Positions 41,035-51,600 of a stretch of 64,000 bases of DNA are shown here, piece by piece (position 1 is the first letter of the stretch; the number at the start of each line of letters is the position of its first letter). Under the pieces are notes generated by a model, which worked only from the letters and a program-made list of their open reading frames with translations, was not told the DNA's origin and did not search any database. The DNA comes from Prevotella sp. UBA5379 (GTDB lineage Bacteria; Bacteroidota; Bacteroidia; Bacteroidales; Bacteroidaceae). A program made the position numbers and the translations under genes. The stretch is taken from assembly GCA_002409785.1 (NCBI GenBank), contig DHOX01000092.1:39593-103592 (forward strand), read 5' to 3'.

Positions 41035-41802
41035 ATGAAGAAGGTTATAATTCCTTTTTTCTTGATTTTCTGCGTCGTTTCTCTGAAAAGTCAAGAGAAA
41101 TCCGATTTTCCGAAAACGGGGCAGCAATCTTTAGAGGCTTCTCGAAAAGCTTACGGAAAAGGTTATTATAACCTTGCTCAATATTATGCTGACCTTGCTC
41201 TTAAGGACAGTTCAGTAGCTGAACGGGCGGCTGAGATTAAAATTGGATGTATGGAGCATCTCATGAAAGATAGCGCTGATTCCACTAAATTTATTATTGC
41301 TGCTCTTGAACTCCACAGGATGGACCCTAAAGATCTGGCGTTCTTTAAACCTTTGTTGGACTATTATTCGAGTCCGGGGCATATAAGCGAGATGGAGGAT
41401 TTTATTGATGATGAACTCCGTGAAAATCCGGCGGACAAGAAGATTTGGGCCTTGAAGGGTGAGATGCAGATGCGGAAGCACCGATGGGATGAAGCCATCG
41501 GCAGTTACCAGCAATCTGTTGAATTAGACAGTTCATTTGTCGAAGCTATTTATAATGTGGGGATTTGCTATTCTTCCAAGGCTATGGATTTGAAAGATTC
41601 TTTGCAAGATAGTCATGGCAGATTAGATAAAAATAACAAGGAAAAAGTGTTGGCTGTATTTGAATGCAGCAAGAATTATTTGGAAAAAGCCCGGGTGCTG
41701 GACCCCGTTTACAAGACAGTAGACTGGAGAAAGGCTCTTTATCAGGTATACTACATACTGGGGGAAAAGAAAAAGGCTCGGGAAGTTAAGTCTTTATTAT
41801 GA
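41035..41802 (+). CDS. secreted TPR protein
   Basis: MKKVIIPFFL signal peptide; WDEAIGSYQQSVELD, AIYNVGICY; TAACTTTG promoter upstream. Confidence 0.8.
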   Translation: MKKVIIPFFLIFCVVSLKSQEKSDFPKTGQQSLEASRKAYGKGYYNLAQYYADLALKDSSVAERAAEIKIGCMEHLMKDSADSTKFIIAALELHRMDPKDLAFFKPLLDYYSSPGHISEMEDFIDDELRENPADKKIWALKGEMQMRKHRWDEAIGSYQQSVELDSSFVEAIYNVGICYSSKAMDLKDSLQDSHGRLDKNNKEKVLAVFECSKNYLEKARVLDPVYKTVDWRKALYQVYYILGEKKKAREVKSLL

Positions 41803-43088
41803 TGAAAGACAGATTGTGTAATAGGAGGAGATTGTGGATGAGGATACACTGGAAATATCTTTTACTTTGTCTGGCCTGTGCCTTATGTGCGGGGAATGCC
41901 TTTGGTCAGAAAAAGGCAATTTCTGCAGCGCGTGATTTGCTGAAATCAGGGAAAAATCTTGATGCGGCCCAACAGTCAATGGAAAAACTCCTGGATGATT
42001 CTGCCAACCGGCAGAACGAGAAGATATGGACTACTCTGTATGATGTGTTGCATAAACAGTATGAACAGGGGAATGAGCAGCTTTATCTGAAACAACAATA
42101 TGATACTACAGCTCTTTTTATGAAGACACGGAGGCTATTTCAAGTAGCCGTCAGTCTGGATTCTCTTGAAGCATCTTCACATAAAGGGAAAAGAGAAAAG
42201 GTGAAATTTAAATTTCGGGATGTCCATGCCCAGTTTCTGAATATGATTCGGCCGAATCTCTATAACGGCGGTCTCTATTTTATTCATAAACAGAATTATA
42301 AGGATGGATATGACTTTCTTACCTCTTATATCTCATGCGCGCGGGAATCTTTATTCCGGAAATATAAATATGCTGATACCGATCATCAGTTGCCGGTAGC
42401 TGCCTACTGGGCTGTCTATTGCGGATATAAGATGAGGGACCCTAAAGCAACGCTTCATCATGCTTATCTGGCATTGAAAGATACAGCTCATTATGTTTAT
42501 ATGTTGCAATATTTAGCAGATACTTATCGCCTGGAGGGGGATACGGCACGATATGTCAGTTCCTTGAGGGAGGGTTTTTCCAAATATCCTTCTTTTCCGT
42601 TTTTTTTCCCGCGTCTGGTGGATTATGATGTCAAACAGGGAAATTATAAGGCTGCTATAGAGACAACTGATCGAGCTTTGAAGGAACGTCCCAAATCACT
42701 GATCTACCGTTTTACGAAAAGTACCCTGCTATTGAATACCCAGCAGTATCCGGCATGTATTGACCTCTGTGATTCAATTCTTGCTGATACCAAGAATTTT
42801 TCCAAGGATAGTCTGAAAGCTCATCCGGCTATAGCAGGTGCTTATTTGAATGCAGGCCTGGCCTATTTTAACCAGGCTGTAGAGTTGGACAAAAGTATGT
42901 CCACATCCAGGAAAGAACGGAACAGGATGTTGGAATACTATCGTAAGGCACTTCCTTATCTGGTTCATTACCGCGAACTGGAACCTGAAGATAAGTCCAA
43001 ATGGGCTTTGCCGCTATATACGATCTATCTCAACTTGAATATGGGCAAAGAATTTGACGAAATTGATAAACTATTGGAAAATAAGTAA
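41799..43088 (+). CDS. secreted TPR-like protein
   Basis: Signal peptide (…GNAFG-Q); AYLNAGLAYFNQA, WALPLYTIYLNLN. The true start may be a few codons downstream. Confidence 0.75.
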   Translation: MMKDRLCNRRRLWMRIHWKYLLLCLACALCAGNAFGQKKAISAARDLLKSGKNLDAAQQSMEKLLDDSANRQNEKIWTTLYDVLHKQYEQGNEQLYLKQQYDTTALFMKTRRLFQVAVSLDSLEASSHKGKREKVKFKFRDVHAQFLNMIRPNLYNGGLYFIHKQNYKDGYDFLTSYISCARESLFRKYKYADTDHQLPVAAYWAVYCGYKMRDPKATLHHAYLALKDTAHYVYMLQYLADTYRLEGDTARYVSSLREGFSKYPSFPFFFPRLVDYDVKQGNYKAAIETTDRALKERPKSLIYRFTKSTLLLNTQQYPACIDLCDSILADTKNFSKDSLKAHPAIAGAYLNAGLAYFNQAVELDKSMSTSRKERNRMLEYYRKALPYLVHYRELEPEDKSKWALPLYTIYLNLNMGKEFDEIDKLLENK

Positions 43089-44426
43089 ATGCAAAATATT
43101 GATTCGATAACCCGGAAATTAAATATTACCTTAAATGCCATGCAGGAGGCAGCGCAGAAGGCCATCCTGCACTCTGAGGAAGATGTCGTAATCCTTTCAC
43201 CCACAGGGTCGGGGAAGACACTGGCCTATCTCTTGCCCCTTGTACAACTGCTTGACTACTCGAGTGACAAGCTCCAGGCTATCGTTATCGTTCCCGGACG
43301 TGAACTGGCTTTGCAGTCGGCTTCTGTTCTGGAGAGTATGGGAACGGGTATCAGGACGATGGCCTGCTATGGAGGCCGGACGGCTATGGAGGAACATCGT
43401 AAATTGAAAGAGAGAAAACCTCAGATCCTCTTCGGAACTCCCGGGCGGCTGAATGATCATCTGATGAAAGGGAATATTTCTGCAACCAATGTACATTTCC
43501 TTGTTATTGATGAATTTGATAAATGTCTGGATATGGGCTTTGAGGAAGAGATGAGCATCCTGATAGGTAAACTCCCTTTCGTGCAACGGCATATATTACT
43601 TTCCGCAACAGAGGCGGAACAACTTCCTTCTTTCTTAAAACTATCCCCAAAGGAAAGGCAGCCGATACGTGTTGACTTCCGAGAGAGAGAAGAACAGGTT
43701 CCGGACAGGGTGCGGATCTATAAGGTGAGATCTCAGGAGAAAGATAAACTAAGTACGCTTCAACTCCTCTTGTTGGCATTGGGGAATGAGAGCTCTATTG
43801 TTTTTGTGAATTTTCGTGATTCTGTAGAGCGAGTGAGTCAATTTCTGGCAGAAAAAGGGTTTATTATCAGTTCATTTCATGGAGGCATGGAACAAAAGGA
43901 GCGGGAAATGGCTCTGTATAAGTTTGCTAATGGAAGTGCAACGGTTCTTGTGAGCACAAACCTGGCTTCACGAGGGCTCGATATCTTACATATTGATAAT
44001 ATCATTCATTATCATCTCCCCGAAACGGAGGATGATTTTGTTCATCGGGTGGGAAGGACTGCACGCTGGAAGTGTTCCGGTCGCTCGTTCTTCCTCCTTG
44101 GTCCTGAAGAACAGGTTCCGGAATATGTGGATGCAGAAGTGGATGATTTTCCTTTGTCTCCTGATTTGCAAGAGAAGAAACCCGCTTTGCCGAAGATGTC
44201 TATGGTCTATATCGGCAAGGGTAAGAAAGATAAGGTATCAAGAGGTGATATCGTGGGGTTCCTTTGTAAGAAGGGGGGCTTGAAGGGAGAGGAAATCGGC
44301 AGGATAGATGTTTTTGACCGCTATGCTTATGCTGCTGTTTCCCGATCCAAACTTCATCAGGTTCTCCGGCAGACACAGGGCGAAAAAATAAAGGGCGTTC
44401 ATACCGTCGTAGAAGAGGTCAGGTAA
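43089..44426 (+). CDS. DEAD/DEAH-box RNA helicase with DbpA-type RNA-binding domain
   Basis: SPTGSGKT, PGRELA, TPGR, DEFD, SAT, SRGLD, HRVGRTAR; C-terminal GKKDKVSRGDIVG. Confidence 0.9.
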   Translation: MQNIDSITRKLNITLNAMQEAAQKAILHSEEDVVILSPTGSGKTLAYLLPLVQLLDYSSDKLQAIVIVPGRELALQSASVLESMGTGIRTMACYGGRTAMEEHRKLKERKPQILFGTPGRLNDHLMKGNISATNVHFLVIDEFDKCLDMGFEEEMSILIGKLPFVQRHILLSATEAEQLPSFLKLSPKERQPIRVDFREREEQVPDRVRIYKVRSQEKDKLSTLQLLLLALGNESSIVFVNFRDSVERVSQFLAEKGFIISSFHGGMEQKEREMALYKFANGSATVLVSTNLASRGLDILHIDNIIHYHLPETEDDFVHRVGRTARWKCSGRSFFLLGPEEQVPEYVDAEVDDFPLSPDLQEKKPALPKMSMVYIGKGKKDKVSRGDIVGFLCKKGGLKGEEIGRIDVFDRYAYAAVSRSKLHQVLRQTQGEKIKGVHTVVEEVR

Positions 44427-44588
44427 TGGTACTGCCTGTTTGATTCATAGAATCATCCTTGCTTCGTGACGTTATGATGACGAATAAAGAAATAAAAACT
44501 GAGAATCAATTTCTGAAGTTGAAAAATAACAGATATCAGATCTGAAGATCATTCAGAAGATATAACTTAAATTTTAATATTTATTCAG

Positions 44589-45656
44589 ATGAAGAAGTAC
44601 AACTTTAATCCAGGTCCAGCAATGCTTCCACGTGAAGTAATTGAAAACACTGCAAAGCAGATTTTAAATTTCAATGGTTCAGGTCTTTCATTGATGGAGA
44701 TTAGCCACCGTTCCAGTGACTTCCAGGCTGTCGTTGACGAGAGTGAAGCACTGATCAAAGAATTGCTCAATATCCCTGACGGATATTCGGTTCTCTTTCT
44801 CGGTGGTGGTGCTTCGACGCAATTTATGGAGATACCAGCCAATTTCCTGATCAAGAAAGCCGCTTATTTGAATACGGGAAGTTGGGCTGCCAAGGCCGAA
44901 AAGGAGGCTCATCATTTCGGCGAGACTGTTGAGGTGGCTTCCTCAAAAGAAGCTAACTATACCTATATTCCGAAAGAATTCAGCATTCCTGCTGATGCCG
45001 ATTATCTGCATATCACGACTAACAATACAATCTATGGCACTGAAATCCGCAAGGATCTTGATTCGCCTATTCCTTTGATTGCGGATATGAGTTCAGATAT
45101 TATGAGCCGTCCGGTAGATGTAAGCAAATATGATGCAATCTATGCTGGTGCCCAGAAGAATCTGTCTACTGCAGGAGTTACGCTGATCATTGTCAAGAAC
45201 GACAAACTTGGACGTGCTCCTCGTGAGTTGCCTACGATGATTGACTATCGTACTCATGTAAAGAAAGGCTCTATGTTCAACACTCCTCCTGTCGTTCCTA
45301 TCTATTGCCTGCTTGAGACCATGCGCTGGGTGAAGAAGGAAGGTGGCGTCAAGGAGATGGACCGCCGGGCTCATGAGCGTGCGAAGATCCTGTATGGTGA
45401 GATTGATCGTAACAAACTCTTTCGTGGTACGACCAAGGAAGAAGACCGTTCCTTGATGAATATCTGTTTCGTGATGAATTATGACTATAAGAATCTTGAA
45501 AAACCGTTCCTTGATTTTGCTTCAGCTCGTGGCATCGTTGGTATTAAAGGACACCGTTCTGTCGGTGGTTTCCGTGCTAGTTGCTACAACGCAATGACAG
45601 TGGAAGGGGTTAATGTTTTGGTCAAGGCAATGAAAGATTTCGAAGCTGAACAGTAA
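44589..45656 (+). CDS. serC: 3-phosphoserine aminotransferase
   Basis: [43 protein letters not shown]. Confidence 0.96.
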   Translation: MKKYNFNPGPAMLPREVIENTAKQILNFNGSGLSLMEISHRSSDFQAVVDESEALIKELLNIPDGYSVLFLGGGASTQFMEIPANFLIKKAAYLNTGSWAAKAEKEAHHFGETVEVASSKEANYTYIPKEFSIPADADYLHITTNNTIYGTEIRKDLDSPIPLIADMSSDIMSRPVDVSKYDAIYAGAQKNLSTAGVTLIIVKNDKLGRAPRELPTMIDYRTHVKKGSMFNTPPVVPIYCLLETMRWVKKEGGVKEMDRRAHERAKILYGEIDRNKLFRGTTKEEDRSLMNICFVMNYDYKNLEKPFLDFASARGIVGIKGHRSVGGFRASCYNAMTVEGVNVLVKAMKDFEAEQ

Positions 45657-45672
45657 ATAAGAAATAATAATA

Positions 45673-46593
45673 ATGAAAAAAATATTAGTTGCAACGGTAA
45701 AACCTTTTGCCCCCTTAGCTGTAGAAGGAATCAGGAAAGAAGTCAAAGAGGCGGGCAATGAACTGGTCCTGCTCGAAAAGTATACTGATCGGTCACAGCT
45801 TTTAAAGACTGTAGCCGATGCGGAGGGCATGATTGTCCGTTCGGATAAGATTGATGCAGAAGTACTGGATGCTGCAAAAAACTTGAAGATCATTGTCCGT
45901 GCGGGTGCCGGTTATGATACTATTGATCTGGCTCATGCCAAGTCCAACGGGGTCATCGTGGAGAATACGCCGGGACAGAACGCCAATGCAGTGGCTGAAC
46001 TTGTGTTTGGACTGCTGGTGTACATGCTTCGTAATTTTTATAACGGGAAACCGGGAACGGAACTTAAAGGTAAAAGGCTGGGACTCCTGGCTTTTGGTAA
46101 TGTGGCACGGAATGTAGCACGTATTGCAAAAGGCTTTGGCATGGAGATCTCTGCTTATGATGAGTTCTGTCCTGCTGTTAATATTGAGGCTGCTGGTGTC
46201 CGTGCTTGTAAGACTAAGGAAGAACTTTTCCATAACAGTGATATCGTGAGCTTGCATATCCCGGCTACTTCTGAGACGGTTGGCAGTATTAACTACGAAC
46301 TCGTTAATCTGATGCCGGAGAATGGAATTCTGGTCAATGCAGCTCGTACTGAGATTATCAATGAACCTGAATTACTCCGCCTGCTTGCAGATCGTTCTGA
46401 TTTGAAGTACATCACAGACTTGAAACCTGCTGCTGTAGCTGATTTCGAGAAATTCGGAAACCGGTTCTTTACGACACCCAAAAAGATGGGGGCCCAGACG
46501 GCTGAGGCAAATATCAATGCGGGGGTTGCTGCGGCTAAGCAGATAGATGCTTTCTTGAAAGATGGAAGTGTGAAATTTCAAGTCAACAAATAA
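45673..46593 (+). CDS. serA: D-3-phosphoglycerate dehydrogenase (short form, no ACT domain)
   Basis: VRAGAGYDTID, NTPGQNANAVAEL, NAART; directly follows serC. Confidence 0.85.
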   Translation: MKKILVATVKPFAPLAVEGIRKEVKEAGNELVLLEKYTDRSQLLKTVADAEGMIVRSDKIDAEVLDAAKNLKIIVRAGAGYDTIDLAHAKSNGVIVENTPGQNANAVAELVFGLLVYMLRNFYNGKPGTELKGKRLGLLAFGNVARNVARIAKGFGMEISAYDEFCPAVNIEAAGVRACKTKEELFHNSDIVSLHIPATSETVGSINYELVNLMPENGILVNAARTEIINEPELLRLLADRSDLKYITDLKPAAVADFEKFGNRFFTTPKKMGAQTAEANINAGVAAAKQIDAFLKDGSVKFQVNK

Positions 46594-46608
46594 TTCCAAA
46601 CACTGATA

Positions 46609-47856
46609 ATGGCTAAAATAAAACCTTTCAGAGGTCTTCGTCCGCCTGTTAGTATGGTGGAAAAAATCGAAAGTCGCCCGTACGATGTCCTTGATTCGGA
46701 AGAGGCGAGAACTGAGGCTGGAGATGATGAGATGAGCCTCTATCATATTATTAAACCGGAGATCAATTTCCCGGAAGGTACTTCAGAATATGATCCAAGG
46801 GTCTATAAAAGTGCTGCTGAACAGTTTAAGAAGTTTCGTGAAAAGGGATGGCTGGTCCAGGATTCTCATGAGGACTATTATCTCTATGCCCAGACCATGA
46901 ACGGGAGGACCCAGTATGGGCTGGTGGTCGGAGCTTATGTGGAAGACTATCTTAATGGGGTGATCAAGAGACATGAGCTTACCCGGAAGGACAAAGAAGA
47001 TGACCGGATGAAGCATATCCGCGCCACTAACGCAAATATGGAACCGGTATTCCTTGCCTATCCGGACAACCGGGTGCTGAACGATCTGATGATGCGTTAT
47101 GCAACTACTCGGCCGGTGTATGATTTTATTGCTCCTTTGGATGGTTTCCGTCATCAGTTCTGGGTCATCAGTGATCCGGATGATATTCAGACGATCACCC
47201 GTACTTTTGCCGAGATTCCTAACTTGTACATTGCTGACGGTCATCATCGTACGGCTGCAGCTGCACGTGTGGGTGAAGAGAAGGCGGAAAATGACCCTGA
47301 TCATACCGGAAAGGAAGAGTACAACTACTTCATGGCAGTTTGTTTCCAGGCCTCGCAATTGACAATCCTGGACTATAACCGTGTCATCAAGGATCTCAAC
47401 GGGATGACACAGGAAGGATTTCTCAAGGCTCTGTCTGAGAACTTTACGGTGGAGAAGATGGGGCCGGAAGAATACAAACCTGTCCGGCTTCATGAGTTCA
47501 GTCTCTATCTGGATGGTAACTGGTACAGGTTGGAAGCCCGTCCTGGAACTTTTGATGACAAGGATCCGATCGGTATACTGGATGTAGACATCTCTTCACG
47601 GTTGATTCTCAATGATCTGATGGGGATCAAGGATCTTCGTACGGATGAGAGAATTGATTTCGTCGGTGGTCTGAGAGGGCTGAAAGAACTCAAACGGCGG
47701 GTGGATAGTGGTGAGATGCGATGGGCACTGGCTTTATATCCGGTGAGCATGAAGCAGATTATGAATATTGCAGACAGTGGTAAGATTATGCCTCCGAAAG
47801 CAACCTGGTTTGAGCCCAAACTTCGTTCTGGCCTTATCGTTCATCTGCTTTCCTGA
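46609..47856 (+). CDS. DUF1015 family protein
   Basis: IKPFRGLRP, RPYDV, IKRHELTR, YIADGHHR, MPPKATWFEPKLRSGL. Confidence 0.9.
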   Translation: MAKIKPFRGLRPPVSMVEKIESRPYDVLDSEEARTEAGDDEMSLYHIIKPEINFPEGTSEYDPRVYKSAAEQFKKFREKGWLVQDSHEDYYLYAQTMNGRTQYGLVVGAYVEDYLNGVIKRHELTRKDKEDDRMKHIRATNANMEPVFLAYPDNRVLNDLMMRYATTRPVYDFIAPLDGFRHQFWVISDPDDIQTITRTFAEIPNLYIADGHHRTAAAARVGEEKAENDPDHTGKEEYNYFMAVCFQASQLTILDYNRVIKDLNGMTQEGFLKALSENFTVEKMGPEEYKPVRLHEFSLYLDGNWYRLEARPGTFDDKDPIGILDVDISSRLILNDLMGIKDLRTDERIDFVGGLRGLKELKRRVDSGEMRWALALYPVSMKQIMNIADSGKIMPPKATWFEPKLRSGLIVHLLS

Positions 47857-47886
47857 CCATAAGTGGATCAATGTGAGCTATTCGGT

Positions 47887-48471
47887 ATGGTAGATGAATA
47901 TATCACAATAAATCGTATAGGCGAGGGATTTTACTCCGAGAAGCGAAGTAAGTTCCTCGCCTTTGCACATCATGTCACCTCAAAAGATGAAGTGAGGGTG
48001 CTGTTAAAATCTTATCAGACAAAATATTATAATGCACGTCATATCTGCTATGCCTATATTCTCGGGCCAGAGCAGAAGGAGTTCCGTGCAGTGGATAATG
48101 GAGAGCCTTCTTCAACGGCAGGGAAACCGATTCTTGGTCAGATCATCAGTCATGGACTGACTGATGTTGCCGTTTATGTTATCCGCTATTATGGTGGGGT
48201 CAATCTCGGTACTGGCGGATTGATCAGAGCCTACCGCACCGCTGCCGAGGATGCCCTGAATCATTCTGGACATATTAGGAAGTTTGTTGAGGAACAGATT
48301 ACTTATCGTTTCCCTTATCCGATGATGAATGCCGTAATGCACGTTGTCAAGGAGATGAATCCAAGAATTGTCAGTCAGGCTTTTGATACGAATTGCTGTT
48401 TGGTCCTGGCTATCCGGAAGAGGGATGCCGAGACCTTACGAAAAAGGCTGTCAGATTTGAGTTTCGAATAA
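47887..48471 (+). CDS. YigZ/IMPACT family protein
   Basis: EKRSKF, ARHICYAY, DNGEPSSTAGKPIL, RYYGGVNLGTGGLIRAY. Confidence 0.9.
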   Translation: MVDEYITINRIGEGFYSEKRSKFLAFAHHVTSKDEVRVLLKSYQTKYYNARHICYAYILGPEQKEFRAVDNGEPSSTAGKPILGQIISHGLTDVAVYVIRYYGGVNLGTGGLIRAYRTAAEDALNHSGHIRKFVEEQITYRFPYPMMNAVMHVVKEMNPRIVSQAFDTNCCLVLAIRKRDAETLRKRLSDLSFE

Positions 48472-48526
48472 TTTTTCTAAAGATTCTTGGTTTTGTCCGA
48501 AATTAATTGTAATTTTGCACCCGTCA

Positions 48527-48615
48527 GGAAGATTGGCAGAGTGACCGAATGCGCTGGACTCGAAATCCGGTATACCCCTTTTCGGGTATCGGGGGTTTGA
48601 ATCCCTCATCTTCCG
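48527..48615 (+). tRNA. tRNA-Ser (CGA)
   Basis: Acceptor stem GGAAGAT/ATCTTCC; anticodon arm CTGGA-CT-CGA-AA-TCCGG; long variable arm ATACCC/GGGTAT; G73 discriminator; TAATTTTG promoter 9 nt upstream. Confidence 0.9.
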
Positions 48616-48683
48616 CAATTCACTATGGTGTGGCAGAGAGGCATTCTGCTTATTTGAGAAGTATTAGATAAAAGAGAAAATCT

Positions 48684-51600
48684 TTATCTCTTGCCACAGC
48701 AAAGCCGGGAATAGGGACAGTGATCACATTGTTTTGCATCTTCTGTGGCAGTCAGCGCAATTTCTGGATTGAAAATATCAGATAAGATCCCTCGTATATT
48801 TTCTTCAAAATTGTCGGTATTCTTGTCTCCCTTTTCATTTTCGTATTTTTTGATGTCCGTAATAGGCTCTTTGCCGATTCTAAGAGGAACGATCTCTTCA
48901 CCGGAGTGTTGGATGAAGAGCAGGGAAGGACTGACCGGCAGATCATTCACATCATATCTTTTTTCTCCTTCATCATTTCTTTCGTTTCTGACGATACCTG
49001 CATAGAGCATGGCCTGAAGGTAATAATCTGTATGGTTGGCCAGTTTTTTGCCTGAGAAAATATCCCCCAGATCCCGGACGGCCATTTTATTGTTATTTCC
49101 AGTCTTGTAGTCAATGACGCGCAGGGTAGGGCCTTCTGCAGGAATATTGACCTGATCGAGCCGGTCAATATTTCCGAAAATGGTCATGGTTCGTCTTTCC
49201 TGTCGTGTAGGAAAGGAGATGGAGGCTTCTACTCTTTTTTCTAATCCAAGAATCTGGAAAGGTGTGGACTTCAGATCTATCTCCAGAAGTTTCCTGATAT
49301 AATCGATCACTACCTGACGATTGATGATCTGCAATCCATTATATTTGACTGGCGTATGTGGCCCGACCTTGAAGAGATCCTGTCTGAATGCATTATCCAC
49401 GCACTGTTCGATAATTGCCGGGTTCCTGAGGGCATTCTTGAGTTCATCTTCCCGGATCATGATTGGACGGATGATGTCTGTAGTCTGCTCTCCTTGGGGG
49501 GTCTTTTCTGTACGGGTGTCGCCGGGTGCGGCAAGATGAAGATAAAAAAGTTGGCAGGCCAGGTGGAAGATATTCCCGAAGGTACGGTTATCCACTCTGT
49601 CCTCATCAATTTCATCCGGTTCCTTGATTTTTGCGATATATTTATAGTAGAATTGGAGAGGGCAACGGATATAAGTATTCAAAGCGGTAGGAGAGAGACG
49701 ATGCATTTGGCGGATGGCCTGCATCACCTGTTCGTCTTTTTCTATTGACGAGCGTGTGCGGATGACAGGTTTCTGACCTGCTGTCAGATTTTCTGTGCGA
49801 ATGGATTGTGGACTCTCGACCATTAGCTGGAGCATAAACCTGGACATTTCTCCTGTCTGTCCATTATTGGTGGCATTGTCGTAAACGAGAGTAACGTCTT
49901 TTGCTCTTTGCAGAAGACGGTAGAAATAATAGGAATAGATGGCCACTTTATGATCCACCGTTGTCAACCCGTAAGCCTTGCGGATGGAATAAGGAATGAA
50001 AGAAGTATCATTAACTCCTTTAGGGATATTTCCTTCGTTGCAGGACAGAAGCAGGACATGGTCGAAATCAAGATTTCTGGTCTCCAGTATTCCCATAATT
50101 TGTATACCTACAGCAGGTTCTCCATGAAAGGGAATGGTTGTTGAGTTTATGAGTTGAGTCATGAGCCGCTGATAGGTATGGATGTCAATGTTCAAATCCT
50201 CCTGATCAATCAGATTACAAAGGCGGTTGATGAGCGTATACATCCTGAAGAGAGATTCCTGAAAGAGAGGATCGCTTTTAACCTGTTCCTCTTTTCCTTC
50301 TCCCTTGGTGGCATCATGGTAGTTTATCCCTATCGTCTGGAGTATCTCAAGGAGCCAGTGAGATAGTCCGCTGAGTGAATGCGAGGGCGTTTGAAGTAAA
50401 AGATCCAGTCCCTTGTCATTTCCCGTTGAAGGACATTCTGTCTTGAGCTTGTCTGCTGACAGATAGAATCGTTTATGATTATTCAAGAAGTCTCTGAGTT
50501 CTTTGATATGACCGGATATGAATTTAGAATAAGGGTGTTGAAGAATTTTGTTGACTCCACGGAAAAGGAATTTTCTTATATCTTCCCGGTAGCTATGGGT
50601 ATGCAGGTCTACAAGTAAGGTGACCAGGGTGCTGACAGGAGACTGTGACAACGGATAACCGGTGGTCACATTTACTTTGGTCACTTCTGGTGGCAGACTA
50701 TGGATGATGGTCGGCAGGAGACTTTCATCAGCCATGACGATGGCTGTGCGTCTGCCGGCTTCGATCCTGTGATTTTCTTTCAGCCAGTCACTGACATACC
50801 TTGCCTGGAGATTTTCGGTACTTGCACTGATGAACGTGACAGATTTGGGTGTTACCATATTTTTATAGATCTCATCGTTCTCATTATCCAGTTCATTAGG
50901 ATAGTTCTTGAGATATTGAGCGATATAATGTCCGGCTTCATGGTCTTGGTCTTTTTTCGGCATATAATAGTCATCAAAGTCCCAGTAGAATTTAGCTTTA
51001 TTGTCTTTTTTAAGGCGGTCACAAAGGGCCAGTTCAACCTTTTGCATCATATTGAAACCGACAAAAAGGTACTTGGAGTGTTTCCATTTCAGGTCCGGAT
51101 CAGTTGCAACTTCCCTGTAGAGTGCTCCTTCATAGGCTAATTTCTGGTCTTTTAGGGACTGATTAAACTGATGATAGATGTCGGCAAAGTGGCTCCAGAG
51201 GGTAATGAATCGTTTTTTCAGAACACTTTCTTGGTCTTCAGAGAAATTGCTGAAGAACTGTTTGAGAATCTTTTTCTGTTCATCACTGAGGTAGCTTACA
51301 TCATCTAATTCATGAATATCTTTCAGGTTGGTGAATATTTGATCCGCATCGGCCATATTTTTGTCGATGTCATCGAAGTCTGTAATCAGCAACTGCCCCC
51401 ATCCATAGAATTTATCGAGTGATTCCTGTTCACCGGTAACCTTGTGATAAACCTTATAAAGCTCACTGACAAGTTTGATGGGGTCCCCGACAGTCCTTTG
51501 GCTGTGTTTCCGGAAGAGGTCACTGATGGTGATGCAGGTCGGGCTCCATAGCGGATGATCCACTTGTACAGCCAACTCTTGATTTAAAAACAGAGAGGCT

